Assembly: GCA_964605885.1 (NCBI GenBank)
Contig: CAZSED010000004.1
Coordinates: forward strand, 50,618 to 114,617
DNA from: an uncultured Dehalococcoidales bacterium
Lineage (GTDB): Bacteria > Chloroflexota > Dehalococcoidia > GIF9 > UBA5629
Direction: 5' to 3'
DNA: 64,000 bases
A program made the position numbers and the translations under genes. Under the pieces are notes generated by a model. The model was not told the DNA's origin and ran no database searches. It worked only from the letters and a program-made list of their open reading frames with translations. This document shows, in pieces, positions 7,495-16,052 of the stretch (positions are counted from its first letter, which is position 1; each line of letters opens with the position of its first letter).

Positions 7495-8835
7495 ATGGCT
7501 ACGAAAGACAGGTCTGACTCTGTAGAGTACGTACTGAAAATGGCAAAGGAGCACGACGTCAAGTTCGTGAACCTGTGGTTTACCGATATACTTGGCTTTC
7601 TCAAGAGCTTCTCCATCACCATCGAGGAGCTGGAGAAGGCGCTGGAGGAGGGCATGGGCTTCGACGGCTCCTCCATCGAGGGCTACGCCCGCATCGACGA
7701 GAGTGACATGATCGCACTGCCCGACCCGGACACCTTCCAGCTTATCCCCTGGCGGCCCAAGGAGCAGTCCGTGGCCCGCATGTTCTGCGATATTTACAAG
7801 CCGGGCGGCCAGCCCTTCGAGGGCGACCCCCGTTACATTCTCAAGAAGAACCTGAAACGCGCCGCCGACCTGGGCTACACCTACTACGTCGGCCCCGAGC
7901 TGGAGTATTTTTACTTCAAGAACAACACCGGCACGGAGATACTCGATTCCGGCGGCTACTTCGACCTGGTACCGCTCGACATGGCCGTGGACCTCAGGCG
8001 CAAGACCGTGCTGGCGCTGGAGGAGATGGGCGTCGGCGTGGAATATTCGCACCACGAGGTTGCCCCCAGCCAGCACGAGATTGACATGAGGTACACCGAC
8101 GCGCTGACCATGGCGGACAACGTCATGACCTACCGCCTGGTGGTCAAGCAGATCGCCATGGAGAACAACGTCTACGCCACCTTCATGCCCAAGCCCATCT
8201 TCGGCGAGAACGGCAGCGGCATGCACGTACACCAGTCACTGTTCAAGGGCGAACGCAATGCCTTCTTCGATAAGAACGACCCCTTCCACCTGTCCAAGCT
8301 GGCCAGGAACTACATCGCCGGGCTGCTCAAGCATGCCCCCGATATAACCGCCGTCACCAGCCAGTGGGTCAACTCCTACAAGCGGCTGGTGCCGGGCTAC
8401 GAGGCGCCGGTCTATGTATCCTGGGCCAGGCGCAACCGTGCCGACCTGATACGCGTGCCCGAATACAAGCCCGGCCGGGAGACTGCCACCCGCATCGAGT
8501 ACAGGTCCCCTGACCCCGCCTGCAACCCCTACCTGGTCTTCAGCGTGATGCTGGCCGCCGGGCTGGAAGGAATCGAGAAGGGCTATGATCCGCCCGAGCC
8601 TGTCGAGGAGAACGTCTACCAGATGACCGAGGAGCAGCGCAGGCGCCGCGGCATCAAGGTCCTGCCGGGCAGCCTGGAGGAGGCCATAACGCTGACCGAG
8701 AAGTCACAGATGATAAAGAAGGCGCTGGGCGATCACATCTTCAACGCCTTCATCCAGAACAAGAAGGTGGAATACAACAACTACCGCATCCAGGTCACCG
8801 AGTACGAGATCAAGAAATACCTCCCCATCCTCTAA
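7495..8835 (+). CDS. glnA: glutamine synthetase type I-alpha
   Basis: 446-aa ORF with RBS AGGAGGG. Bacillus/archaeal-like GSI lacking the beta insertion. Shows GFDGSSIEGY and NGSGMHVHQSLF blocks. Confidence 0.95.
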   Translation: MATKDRSDSVEYVLKMAKEHDVKFVNLWFTDILGFLKSFSITIEELEKALEEGMGFDGSSIEGYARIDESDMIALPDPDTFQLIPWRPKEQSVARMFCDIYKPGGQPFEGDPRYILKKNLKRAADLGYTYYVGPELEYFYFKNNTGTEILDSGGYFDLVPLDMAVDLRRKTVLALEEMGVGVEYSHHEVAPSQHEIDMRYTDALTMADNVMTYRLVVKQIAMENNVYATFMPKPIFGENGSGMHVHQSLFKGERNAFFDKNDPFHLSKLARNYIAGLLKHAPDITAVTSQWVNSYKRLVPGYEAPVYVSWARRNRADLIRVPEYKPGRETATRIEYRSPDPACNPYLVFSVMLAAGLEGIEKGYDPPEPVEENVYQMTEEQRRRRGIKVLPGSLEEAITLTEKSQMIKKALGDHIFNAFIQNKKVEYNNYRIQVTEYEIKKYLPIL

Positions 8836-8859
8836 TCGACCCGGATAATGTAAAATTCT

Positions 8860-8904
8860 GGTGCGGCCGCAGGTCTCAGGCCTCCGCCGCACCTTATACT
8901 TTTT
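8860..8904 (+). terminator. hairpin plus T-run after glnA (GSI-alpha)
   Basis: GGTGCGGC...AGG 8860-8873 pairs with CCT.CGCCGCACC 8881-8892 across an internal loop. TTTTT lies at 8899-8903. Confidence 0.45.
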
Positions 8905-8915
8905 ACAGGACTGCC

Positions 8916-9500
8916 ATGAAGATCGGAGTGCTGGCCTTACAGGGAGACTTCATCGAGCATATCTGCATGTTCGATAAGCTGGGCGCGCAGGCCGTAGAAG
9001 TGCGGCTGCCGGATGAGCTGAAGGGACTGGACGGGTTGGTGATACCCGGCGGCGAGAGCACCACCATCATGAAGCTGCTGCATGTCTTCGACCTGGTCAA
9101 ACCCATCAAGAGGCTGGCCGCCCGCAGGCCGGTCTGGGGCACCTGCGCCGGCATGATCTGCCTGGCCAGGGACGCACGCAACCCCGACGATACGGGCATG
9201 GAGACACTGGGGCTGATGGATATAACGGTCAGGCGCAACGCCTTCGGCCGTCAGGTGGACAGCTTTGAAGCCAGGCTGGAAGTTCCGGCGCTACGCGACG
9301 GCCCCTTCACCGGGGTCTTTATACGCGCCCCCTATATCGAGAAGGCCGGTAAAAAAGTGGAGATATTATGCAGGCTGCCCGATGGTGAGATCGTTGCCGC
9401 CAGGCAGGACAACCTGCTGGCCATCTCATTCCACCCCGAGCTGACCGACGATGCCCGCTTCCACCGCTACTTTCTGGACATGGCCGGCAAGGCCCCCTAG
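8916..9500 (+). CDS. pdxT: pyridoxal 5'-phosphate synthase glutaminase subunit PdxT
   Basis: 194-aa ORF. MKIGVLALQGDF..., catalytic Cys in WGTCAGMI, and the FHPE motif. Confidence 0.9.
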   Translation: MKIGVLALQGDFIEHICMFDKLGAQAVEVRLPDELKGLDGLVIPGGESTTIMKLLHVFDLVKPIKRLAARRPVWGTCAGMICLARDARNPDDTGMETLGLMDITVRRNAFGRQVDSFEARLEVPALRDGPFTGVFIRAPYIEKAGKKVEILCRLPDGEIVAARQDNLLAISFHPELTDDARFHRYFLDMAGKAP

Positions 9501-10723
9501 CGGTTGATCGAGGTCACGTTGTCCGCCGCCACTGGAGGCGCCTGGATGGGCTGCCCGGCGATGGTGGCGTTCAGGTAGTCCACCGCCCAGCTCGTCAAAT
9601 TATCCCCCAGCAGGCTGGTGGGGTAGTCCGGCTTCAACCCGGTCCCGCTTATCAGCGTGCCGTTGGGCGTATAGTAGTGCGCTATGGTCACCTTGATGGC
9701 CGAGCCGTCGTCCAGCTTGACGAAGTTCTGCACGCTGGCCTTGCCGAAGGTCTTGCTGCCGGCCAGCTTGGCCCTGCCGTTATCCTGCAGTGCGCCCGCC
9801 ACGATCTCGCTGGCGCTGGCGCTGCCGCCGTTCACCAGGACGATGAGCGGTGTATTCTGCGCTAATCCGCCCGGCTTGACCTTCTGTACGTTCTCAACGC
9901 CGTCCTTGTCCACCACCTTGACCACGATGCCGCGCACCAGGAACTGGCTGGTCACGTCGATCGCCTCGCTGAGCAGGCCGCCCGGGTTATCGCGCAGGTC
10001 CAGCACCACACCCTTGGCGCCCTGGTTGAACGCATCCTGCAGCGCCTTCTTGAAATCATCGATGGTGGGCAGCAGGAACTGCTGGATCCTGATGTAGGCT
10101 ATATCGCCGTGCATCTCGGACTTGACCGAGGCCATCCTGATCTCCTGCCTCTGGATGCTTATCTCCAGCGGCTCCTTCTCTCCCTGCCTGCCTACGGTCA
10201 GCGTGACCTTGGTGCCGGCCGGGCCGCGTATCTTGAGCGAGGCCTCGTCGGTGGTCATGGCCTCGGTGGATTGGCCGTCGATCTTGAGTATGTAGTCGCC
10301 GGACTTGATGCCGGCCTTCTCCGCCGGCGAATCGGGCATGGGGGCGATGACCACTATATATTGGTCCTTCTTGCCCAGGTAGGCGCCAATGCCCTGGTAC
10401 TGCCCGGTATAGTCCACGATGGTGGACTGGTAGACCTGTGGCGAAAAATACTCGGTGTAGGGGTCGCCCACAGCCTGCACCATGCCGCGGATGGCGCCCT
10501 GCGCCATCTTGACCGGGTCGAGCTGCTTCTTATCGACGAAGTACTGGTGCAGTATCTGCCAGGCCTGGCTCAGCCTGAGGAAATCCGGCGGCAGGTCCTG
10601 CAGCGTCTGCTTGTCCGCCGCGCTGGGGATAAAAGGCGCCTGGCACCCGGCCAGCGGCAGGCTGGTTATCATCAGCGCCGCCGCCAGCATGATGCTCAGG
10701 ATGGTGGTCTTTTTCATAGTCAT
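9497..10723 (-). CDS. S41 carboxyl-terminal processing protease (CtpA-like), lipoprotein-type signal
   Basis: 408-aa ORF. Signal peptide ending LAGCQ, PDZ region, Ser in GGSASASEIVAGAL and Lys in TFGKASVQ. Confidence 0.9.
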   Translation of the reverse strand: MTMKKTTILSIMLAAALMITSLPLAGCQAPFIPSAADKQTLQDLPPDFLRLSQAWQILHQYFVDKKQLDPVKMAQGAIRGMVQAVGDPYTEYFSPQVYQSTIVDYTGQYQGIGAYLGKKDQYIVVIAPMPDSPAEKAGIKSGDYILKIDGQSTEAMTTDEASLKIRGPAGTKVTLTVGRQGEKEPLEISIQRQEIRMASVKSEMHGDIAYIRIQQFLLPTIDDFKKALQDAFNQGAKGVVLDLRDNPGGLLSEAIDVTSQFLVRGIVVKVVDKDGVENVQKVKPGGLAQNTPLIVLVNGGSASASEIVAGALQDNGRAKLAGSKTFGKASVQNFVKLDDGSAIKVTIAHYYTPNGTLISGTGLKPDYPTSLLGDNLTSWAVDYLNATIAGQPIQAPPVAADNVTSINR

Positions 10724-10806
10724 TCAAATTCTCCAGTGCTGAACCGGGTGCCAGCAATATAAGATTGTACCGTAAATGATAGTACCTTAACGCTCAAAGG
10801 CATAAA

Positions 10807-11161
10807 TGCCAAGCAGGCCTGTAAGCCGAATTCTGTGCCTCCGATAAATCGGAGCGGTGGCCATCCATCTAGCCCCGGCATTGCTACCGGGGTCATGCGA
10901 CCAACCCGGGGTGGGCCCAGGCGTGCCATGTCCCCCTATTAGGTCTTGCTCCGGGTGGGGTTTGCACGGCCGGCCGGTCACCCGGCCGCCGGTGAGCTCT
11001 TGCCTCACCATTTCACCCTTACCCCGACGGGTCGGGGCGGTATGTTTCTGTTGCACTTTCCGTAGGGTCGCCCCTCCTGGGCGTTACCCAGCACCCTGCC
11101 TGGAGGAGTTCGGACTTTCCTCCCCGATGATCACCGGGGCGGTCACCCGGCCTGCTTGGCT
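10807..11161 (-). ncRNA. rnpB: RNase P RNA, bacterial type A
   Basis: The reverse complement reads ...CCAAGCAGGCCGGGUGACC...GGGGAGGAAAGUCCGAACUCC...ACAGAAUUCGGCUUACAGGCCUGCUUGG. P4 strands GAGGAAAGUCCG and ACAGAAnnCGGCUUA are present. The P1 stem is CCAAGCAGGCC (11149-11159) pairing with GGCCUGCUUGG (10809-10819). Ends are approximate. Confidence 0.9.
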
Positions 11162-11166
11162 AACCT

Positions 11167-11195
11167 ACTCTACAACTTGCGCTGCAGCAGGTCAA
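11167..11195 (-). promoter_or_regulatory. putative sigma-70-type promoter of rnpB
   Basis: Minus strand TTGACC (11195-11190), 17 nt, TAGAGT (11172-11167). The predicted start is about 7 nt downstream, at the first P1 nucleotides. Confidence 0.5.
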
Positions 11196-11197
11196 AT

Positions 11198-11893
11198 TCA
11201 GCTCAAATACAAAATGCGACCGCAGTTGCTGCAGGTCACGATGGCATTGCCACGCACGCGCTGCAGCTCGCTGATGGAGAGCGTAACACGGCATCCCAGG
11301 CAGCGCCCCTGCTCCACTCTGACCACGGCCTGCCCCTTCCTGCCCTTGATGCCCTCGTACAGCGCCATTGCTTCCCTGTCCACCGCCGCCAGCGCCTCCT
11401 GCCTCTTGCCCTCGAGCTCCTTCAGCTCTTCCTTCAGCTTGCCGGCCTGCACGCCCAGCTCCTGCTTCTCCTTGCCCCAGGCGTCCTCGGCCTGCTTGAG
11501 GGTCTCCTGCAACTTTTTGATGGCGGACTTGCCGTTGTCTATCTTCTCCATCAGGTCCAGCAGCACGTCGTCCTTCTTGCCCAGCTGGCCCTTGAGCATC
11601 TCAGCTTCCTGCTCAAAGCCCATCAGCTCCTTGGGATTATTGATCTTGCCGCCGTAGAGCTTGACGTTTATCTGCTGGATGTTGCCCCTGACCTGCTCGG
11701 CCTCGGCGTCCAGCTCCTTGTACTGCTTCTCGAGCTCCGACCTGCCGGCCTGCGCCTCGTCCAGGGCGGACCTGGCCTGCTCATAGGCGGCGTTGCGGCT
11801 TATGCGGGAATTGATATCTTCGAGCTCCCTGTTATGGGCGAGGATGGCCTGCTCAATTGCTTGCAGCTCGAACAGGCTCTTCGCTATGCTCAT
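11198..11893 (-). CDS. coiled-coil C4 zinc-ribbon protein (DUF164/COG1579 family)
   Basis: 231-aa ORF. Long heptad-rich region, then CLGCRVTLS...CSNCGRILY. Confidence 0.75.
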   Translation of the reverse strand: MSIAKSLFELQAIEQAILAHNRELEDINSRISRNAAYEQARSALDEAQAGRSELEKQYKELDAEAEQVRGNIQQINVKLYGGKINNPKELMGFEQEAEMLKGQLGKKDDVLLDLMEKIDNGKSAIKKLQETLKQAEDAWGKEKQELGVQAGKLKEELKELEGKRQEALAAVDREAMALYEGIKGRKGQAVVRVEQGRCLGCRVTLSISELQRVRGNAIVTCSNCGRILYLS

Positions 11894-11899
11894 AAAAGG

Positions 11900-12538
11900 T
11901 CAGCTCCGGTAATCAAGCATTATAACCTGGGTGCTGGAGGGTATGCTGGTGCGCGTCACCACCAGCTTGGGCTGGCTGGCCAGCTCCTTGATGCCCATCT
12001 CCTTGAGGAACTTCTCGGGGAAGTCCAGCTCCGCCTTCTCGTCGGCCGTCTTGTAGTGCATCAGCACGGCGAAGCCCGGGTTGAGGTTCCTCACCAGGTC
12101 CGCCGCCACGGCCGCGGCAATGGTGGAATGGCCGCCCACCGGCAGGAGGAGGACGTTGATGTTGCCCATGTCTCCTACGAACTCGGGCGAAAGCTGGTGC
12201 CCCAGATCGCCCAGGTGGCAGAGCGTGACGCCCTCGAACTCTATGACGTACACCGTGTTCTTCCCCAGCCTGGCGCCCTTCTCACCATCGTGGTAGGCGG
12301 CAATGCCGGTGATATAGGTGTCCTTGATCTCGTATTCGCCCGGCCCGTTTATCAGCCGGTAGCCTTCCTCCAGCGCCTCGAGGTTGGAATGGCCGGGATG
12401 CGCATGGCTGACCGTGACGATATCGGCCTGCATCTTGCTGATGGAGTAACCGGTGGACTCGGCGCAGGGGTCGGTCAGTATCACTACCTCTTTACCTTTG
12501 ATGCGGAAACAGGAATGTCCGAACCAGGTGATATCCAT
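11900..12538 (-). CDS. metallo-beta-lactamase-fold hydrolase (UPF0173-like)
   Basis: 212-aa ORF. MDITWFGHSCFRIKG...; the metal motif reads SHAHPGH (HxHxGH instead of HxHxDH). Confidence 0.75.
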   Translation of the reverse strand: MDITWFGHSCFRIKGKEVVILTDPCAESTGYSISKMQADIVTVSHAHPGHSNLEALEEGYRLINGPGEYEIKDTYITGIAAYHDGEKGARLGKNTVYVIEFEGVTLCHLGDLGHQLSPEFVGDMGNINVLLLPVGGHSTIAAAVAADLVRNLNPGFAVLMHYKTADEKAELDFPEKFLKEMGIKELASQPKLVVTRTSIPSSTQVIMLDYRS

Positions 12539-12633
12539 TCGTATACCTCACATTCACACGGCGCTTGAGGCCGGGCTCTAATTTTAACAATCCAGCTTGA
12601 AAACATCAATCGCCGGGTGGGCGTTTAGCTTTG

Positions 12634-12642
12634 TGCTATAAT
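12634..12642 (+). promoter_or_regulatory. extended -10 promoter (TGcTATAAT) of tsaD; implies a leaderless mRNA
   Basis: TG 12634-12635 and TATAAT 12637-12642. The ATG is at 12650, only 7 nt after the -10, with no Shine-Dalgarno sequence. Confidence 0.4.
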
Positions 12643-12649
12643 CGCAGCC

Positions 12650-13666
12650 ATGTTCATCTTCGCCGTTGAGACCTCCTGCGACGAGACCTCGGCCGCCGTC
12701 GTGCAGGACGGCAGCCGCATACTTTCCAACGTCATCGCCTCGCAGGTTGAGATACACGCCCGCTACGGCGGCATCGTGCCGGAGGTGGCCTCCCGCCAGC
12801 ACATGCTGACCATGCTGCCCGTGGCCGAGCAGGCCCTCAAGGAGGCCGGCCTCGGCCTGGATAAGATTGACGCCGTGGCCGTTACCAGGGGACCGGGACT
12901 GGCCGGCTCCTTGATCGTGGGCGTCAACTTCGCCAAGTCCGCCGCGCTGGCCAACCGGCTGCCGCTGATCGGCGTCAACCACCTGGAGGCCCATATCTAC
13001 GCCAACTGGCTCTCTGAGGTGAAGCCGGAGCTGCCCTGCCTCTGCCTTATCGTCTCAGGCGGCCACTCCGACCTTATATTGATGCAGGACCATCTCAAGT
13101 TCCGCAAGCTGGGCAGCACCAGGGACGACGCCGCCGGCGAGGCCTTCGATAAGGGCGCCAGGATACTGGGGTTGGGCTATCCCGGCGGGCCGGCCATCCA
13201 GGCCGCCACCAGGGGGGTCAGCACATCGCTTTCCCTGCCGCGCTCCTGGCTCAAGGACACGGATGACTTCAGCTTCAGCGGCGTCAAGACGGCCCTGCTG
13301 CATATGGCCGAGGCTAAAAATGAGCTTGATGCGGAGTGGGTCAGGCAGGCGGCAGCCGCCTTCCAAGAGTCCATCGTGGACGTGCTGGCGGCCAAGACCA
13401 TACAGGCGGCGCGGAGGCACGGCGTCAGGCAGATACTGCTGGCCGGAGGCGTGGCCGCCAACGCTGCCTTACGGGAGCGCATCACTGCCGATTCACCCCT
13501 GCCTGTGCTCATACCCCCGCCCGTGCTGTGCACGGACAACGCCGCCATGGTCGGCGCCTGCGCCTACTACCACTTTAAGGCTGGCGACGTGGACGGCCTG
13601 GGATTGGACGTGGTGCCCGGGCTGGCCTTCGGCGTCAGGACAGCGGGCAGGCCCGGCAGTCCTTAA
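12650..13666 (+). CDS. tsaD: tRNA N6-adenosine threonylcarbamoyltransferase TsaD
   Basis: 338-aa [11 protein letters not shown] and HLEAHI metal motifs, and GGVAAN. Confidence 0.92.
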   Translation: MFIFAVETSCDETSAAVVQDGSRILSNVIASQVEIHARYGGIVPEVASRQHMLTMLPVAEQALKEAGLGLDKIDAVAVTRGPGLAGSLIVGVNFAKSAALANRLPLIGVNHLEAHIYANWLSEVKPELPCLCLIVSGGHSDLILMQDHLKFRKLGSTRDDAAGEAFDKGARILGLGYPGGPAIQAATRGVSTSLSLPRSWLKDTDDFSFSGVKTALLHMAEAKNELDAEWVRQAAAAFQESIVDVLAAKTIQAARRHGVRQILLAGGVAANAALRERITADSPLPVLIPPPVLCTDNAAMVGACAYYHFKAGDVDGLGLDVVPGLAFGVRTAGRPGSP

Positions 13667-14927
13667 CCCGGCACCAGCCGTGATAGATGTGCAGCAGCCC
13701 CTGCTGCAGGCAGGCGCTGAACCCTTTTCCGTCATCTAAACAAAGCGCCTCAGCCATGTAACCCGTCAGCTCGTTGCGCTGCAGTGCATGATATTCATTG
13801 AATAAATGTATGGCTCTGCTCTCCAGCGCCCTGTCTTTCATCTGCCGTGCGTAGGCGGCGGCGAAGGGCAGCACGGCGTTGACGGCTATCTCGGCTGCTC
13901 TTGATTTCCCGAGTAAGGCCGACGGCCGGGATTGTCGGCGGCCGAAATCAAAGTGCCCGCTCCAGTAAGGAACTTCTTCTATCATCAGCGCCACGTCCAG
14001 CACGGACGGCTTTTGCTCCGCCTCGCAGATTTTACTGAGCAGGCCATTGAGCAGGCCCGCGCACTCGTACCTTTGCAGCAGGTAGCCCAGCCCGGCCAGC
14101 CGCCTGACCGGGTGGTTGGGCGGGCGGATGTAGGCCATGCGCCAGCCGCTGACGACTGGGCTTGGTATCGCCGCACCAAGACAGCGCCAGGCCTCCTCCA
14201 TCGCGGAAGCTTCATCGTCCAGCGGGAAGTCCGGCGACCGCTGCGACTGCAGCAGCCCGGCTGCGCCCATCAGCAATCCCATCTTATTATGTAAACCTTT
14301 TGCATTCTCGTACAGAAAGGAAAGCCTCAGCCTGGACGACAGCTCCTCAAAGGGCCCCATGTTGCGTGAGTAGCCCAGCGCCCGGCAGATGCCCTGATAC
14401 AGGACCTGCGTTGGCTCTTCCTGTCCCAGCATCCCGGCATATTTTGCCGCCTTCTGCTCGAACCTCTGCCGGCCGGCCTCCAGCAGCACGTCCTTTAGCA
14501 CACCTTCCCTGAGATACCGGCGCCTGTTCCGGCAGGGCTTGACCCTGCTTCCGGGCCGGAAGCTGCGCAGCGCCTCTGCCGGTATATAGCGGTGCAGTAT
14601 GACGGTGGGAATGCTGCGGCCGTCCTGCAGGCTGACCGGCAGCCTGCCCCGCTGCCACATGGCCACGTGCAGCATAATGCCGTTATAGGCCGGGTCCCGG
14701 TGGTGGCCGTGCTTCTGCCAGCCGTCCGACATCAGGTGCACCTCCACGTCCCCCACAGCCTTCTCGCCGTTAACCTGAATGACGACGTCCTGGAAATCGC
14801 AGCCGGCGCGGGTGCTCTCCCTGCCGGGATAGACCACCTCTATCCCGTTGCCGGTGTCGTCCTCGAAGCTGGAGAACCTGCCCGACCTCCAGAGCTTCGC
14901 CACCGTCCTCTCGCTGTCCACCTTCAT
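13635..14927 (-). CDS. DUF2851-family protein
   Basis: 430-aa ORF. The N-terminal block [46 protein letters not shown] resembles DUF2851 as I recall it. Its 3' end overlaps tsaD convergently by 32 nt. Confidence 0.6.
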   Translation of the reverse strand: MKVDSERTVAKLWRSGRFSSFEDDTGNGIEVVYPGRESTRAGCDFQDVVIQVNGEKAVGDVEVHLMSDGWQKHGHHRDPAYNGIMLHVAMWQRGRLPVSLQDGRSIPTVILHRYIPAEALRSFRPGSRVKPCRNRRRYLREGVLKDVLLEAGRQRFEQKAAKYAGMLGQEEPTQVLYQGICRALGYSRNMGPFEELSSRLRLSFLYENAKGLHNKMGLLMGAAGLLQSQRSPDFPLDDEASAMEEAWRCLGAAIPSPVVSGWRMAYIRPPNHPVRRLAGLGYLLQRYECAGLLNGLLSKICEAEQKPSVLDVALMIEEVPYWSGHFDFGRRQSRPSALLGKSRAAEIAVNAVLPFAAAYARQMKDRALESRAIHLFNEYHALQRNELTGYMAEALCLDDGKGFSACLQQGLLHIYHGWCRVKDCRACPLS

Positions 14928-14971
14928 TTCACTACCTGATAACGTGTATCGCCGGGTAAAAAAAGAGATGA

Positions 14972-15187
14972 CTAGGACTTATATTTGAAGCCGCTCCTGT
15001 CCGCCACGATGTTCAGCATCCTGACAGACATGCCTCTGGGCGCATAGTCACCCACCTCCCACTCGCTGATGGTCTGCTGCCTGGTCCCCAGCTCGGCCGC
15101 CATGCCCTGCTGCGTCAGCTTGAGATGCGCCCGCAGCGCCCTGACGCGCCTGGCATCCCATTCCTTTCCTATCCTGCCCGCACTCAT
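14972..15187 (-). CDS. XRE-family helix-turn-helix protein
   Basis: 71-aa ORF. LKLTQQGMAAELGTRQQTISEWE is a classic HTH_3 motif. Confidence 0.7.
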   Translation of the reverse strand: MSAGRIGKEWDARRVRALRAHLKLTQQGMAAELGTRQQTISEWEVGDYAPRGMSVRMLNIVADRSGFKYKS

Positions 15188-15262
15188 TTCAATCTCATTC
15201 TACCCGCTAACAGGTAAACGGTCAATTTAACGGCAGCCACACAGACGATAGTCAGCTAATCT

Positions 15263-15475
15263 TTAGCTAAATAACTTGGCATATAGAGGAATTGCCAATA
15301 GCAGTGCTGCCACAAGAAATATCCACCAGACCCATGCCGGTAGCCACATTGCCAGCAGTAGGCCTATGGCCACCCCGGCAAGGAATTTGACCGTTATCAG
15401 TAACAGCAACCTCGGTGTGGATAATTGCCTTAATTTATCAATTCTCTCGCCATACCAATTTGTGACACTTGCCAT
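15263..15475 (-). CDS. small two-TM membrane protein, unknown function
   Basis: The ORF track gives 15263-15502. I prefer the ATG at 15475 because AGGAGGT (15489-15483) sits 7 nt upstream. There are two hydrophobic helices. Confidence 0.5.
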   Translation of the reverse strand: MASVTNWYGERIDKLRQLSTPRLLLLITVKFLAGVAIGLLLAMWLPAWVWWIFLVAALLLAIPLYAKLFS

Positions 15476-15621
15476 AGCATTTACCTCCTGTTCCAGCAAC
15501 AAGCTGCATTATCTTAGGTTCTATCACTTCTTACCTCAGTGGTCAAATCAGCCCCAATATTTATTTAAATAGACTTTGCCCGCTTCAGGTGGCAAAATAA
15601 TGGCTGAACCCGAGTAAAGAC

Positions 15622-15930
15622 ATGCCTATCTACGAGTACAGGGCCATCAAGGACGGCTGCAGCTATTGCCGGCGGGGCTTCGATACGCTGCAGAGGATGT
15701 CCGATAAGCCCCTATCAGCCTGCCCCAAGTGCGGGGCCAAGGTCAGGCGCTCCGTGTCCAGGTTCTCGGCCAACGTGACTGAATCGCCCGAGGAAGCCGC
15801 CAGCCTGGAGGAGCAGATCCAGGGCTACGAGGCCGAGGGCAAATGGGGCCACGCCGCCGAGCTGGCCGATAAGGCCGGGCTGCAGGAAAGGGCCCTCAAC
15901 GACTATAAAAAAGCCGGCTACAACTTCTAA
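15622..15930 (+). CDS. FmdB-family zinc-ribbon protein (CxxC_CxxC_SSSS)
   Basis: 102-aa ORF. MPIYEYRA...CSYC...CPKCGAKVRRSVS. Confidence 0.8.
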   Translation: MPIYEYRAIKDGCSYCRRGFDTLQRMSDKPLSACPKCGAKVRRSVSRFSANVTESPEEAASLEEQIQGYEAEGKWGHAAELADKAGLQERALNDYKKAGYNF

Positions 15931-15961
15931 AATCACCCCTTTCCACCCAAAACCTCAATTT

Positions 15962-15988
15962 TTAGCAGTCACCCCTTTACTTTGATAA
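15962..15988 (+). promoter_or_regulatory. degenerate CIRCE-like half-conserved element
   Basis: TTAGCAGTC-n9-CTTTGATAA. The left arm is near-consensus and the right arm matches GAGTGCTAA at 5/9. Confidence 0.3.
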
Positions 15989-16004
15989 TTTTTTGTGCTA
16001 TCAT
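15976..16004 (+). promoter_or_regulatory. putative groESL promoter
   Basis: TTTACT (15976-15981), 17 nt, TATCAT (15999-16004), immediately upstream of CIRCE. Confidence 0.4.
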
Positions 16005-16031
16005 CTAGCAGTCTGTTAAAGAGATTGCTAA
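16005..16031 (+). promoter_or_regulatory. CIRCE operator (HrcA binding site)
   Basis: CTAGCAGTC-n9-GATTGCTAA versus consensus TTAGCACTC-n9-GAGTGCTAA. Lies 22 nt upstream of groES. Confidence 0.75.
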
Positions 16032-16052
16032 TTTTTCAAAAAGGAGGCAAGT

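Noticed and set aside
10720-11657. ORFs 10720-10929 (-), 10787-11056 (-) and 10857-11657 (+)
   Set aside because: They run across the RNase P RNA gene, whose conserved P4 and P1 elements account for the sequence.
11156-12568. 470-aa ORF on the plus strand
   Set aside because: It lies antisense to two well-supported minus-strand genes (the zinc-ribbon protein and the MBL hydrolase). Its composition is Leu/Gly/Ala/His-rich, as expected from reading a high-GC gene backwards, and I recognise no motifs. The same reasoning applies to 41022-42281 (+, antisense to clpC), 21125-22003 and 20389-21246 (-, antisense to the R3H ATPase and tmk), 19449-20258 (-, antisense to pdxS), 7450-8232 (-, antisense to glnA) and the many shorter shadow ORFs in the track.
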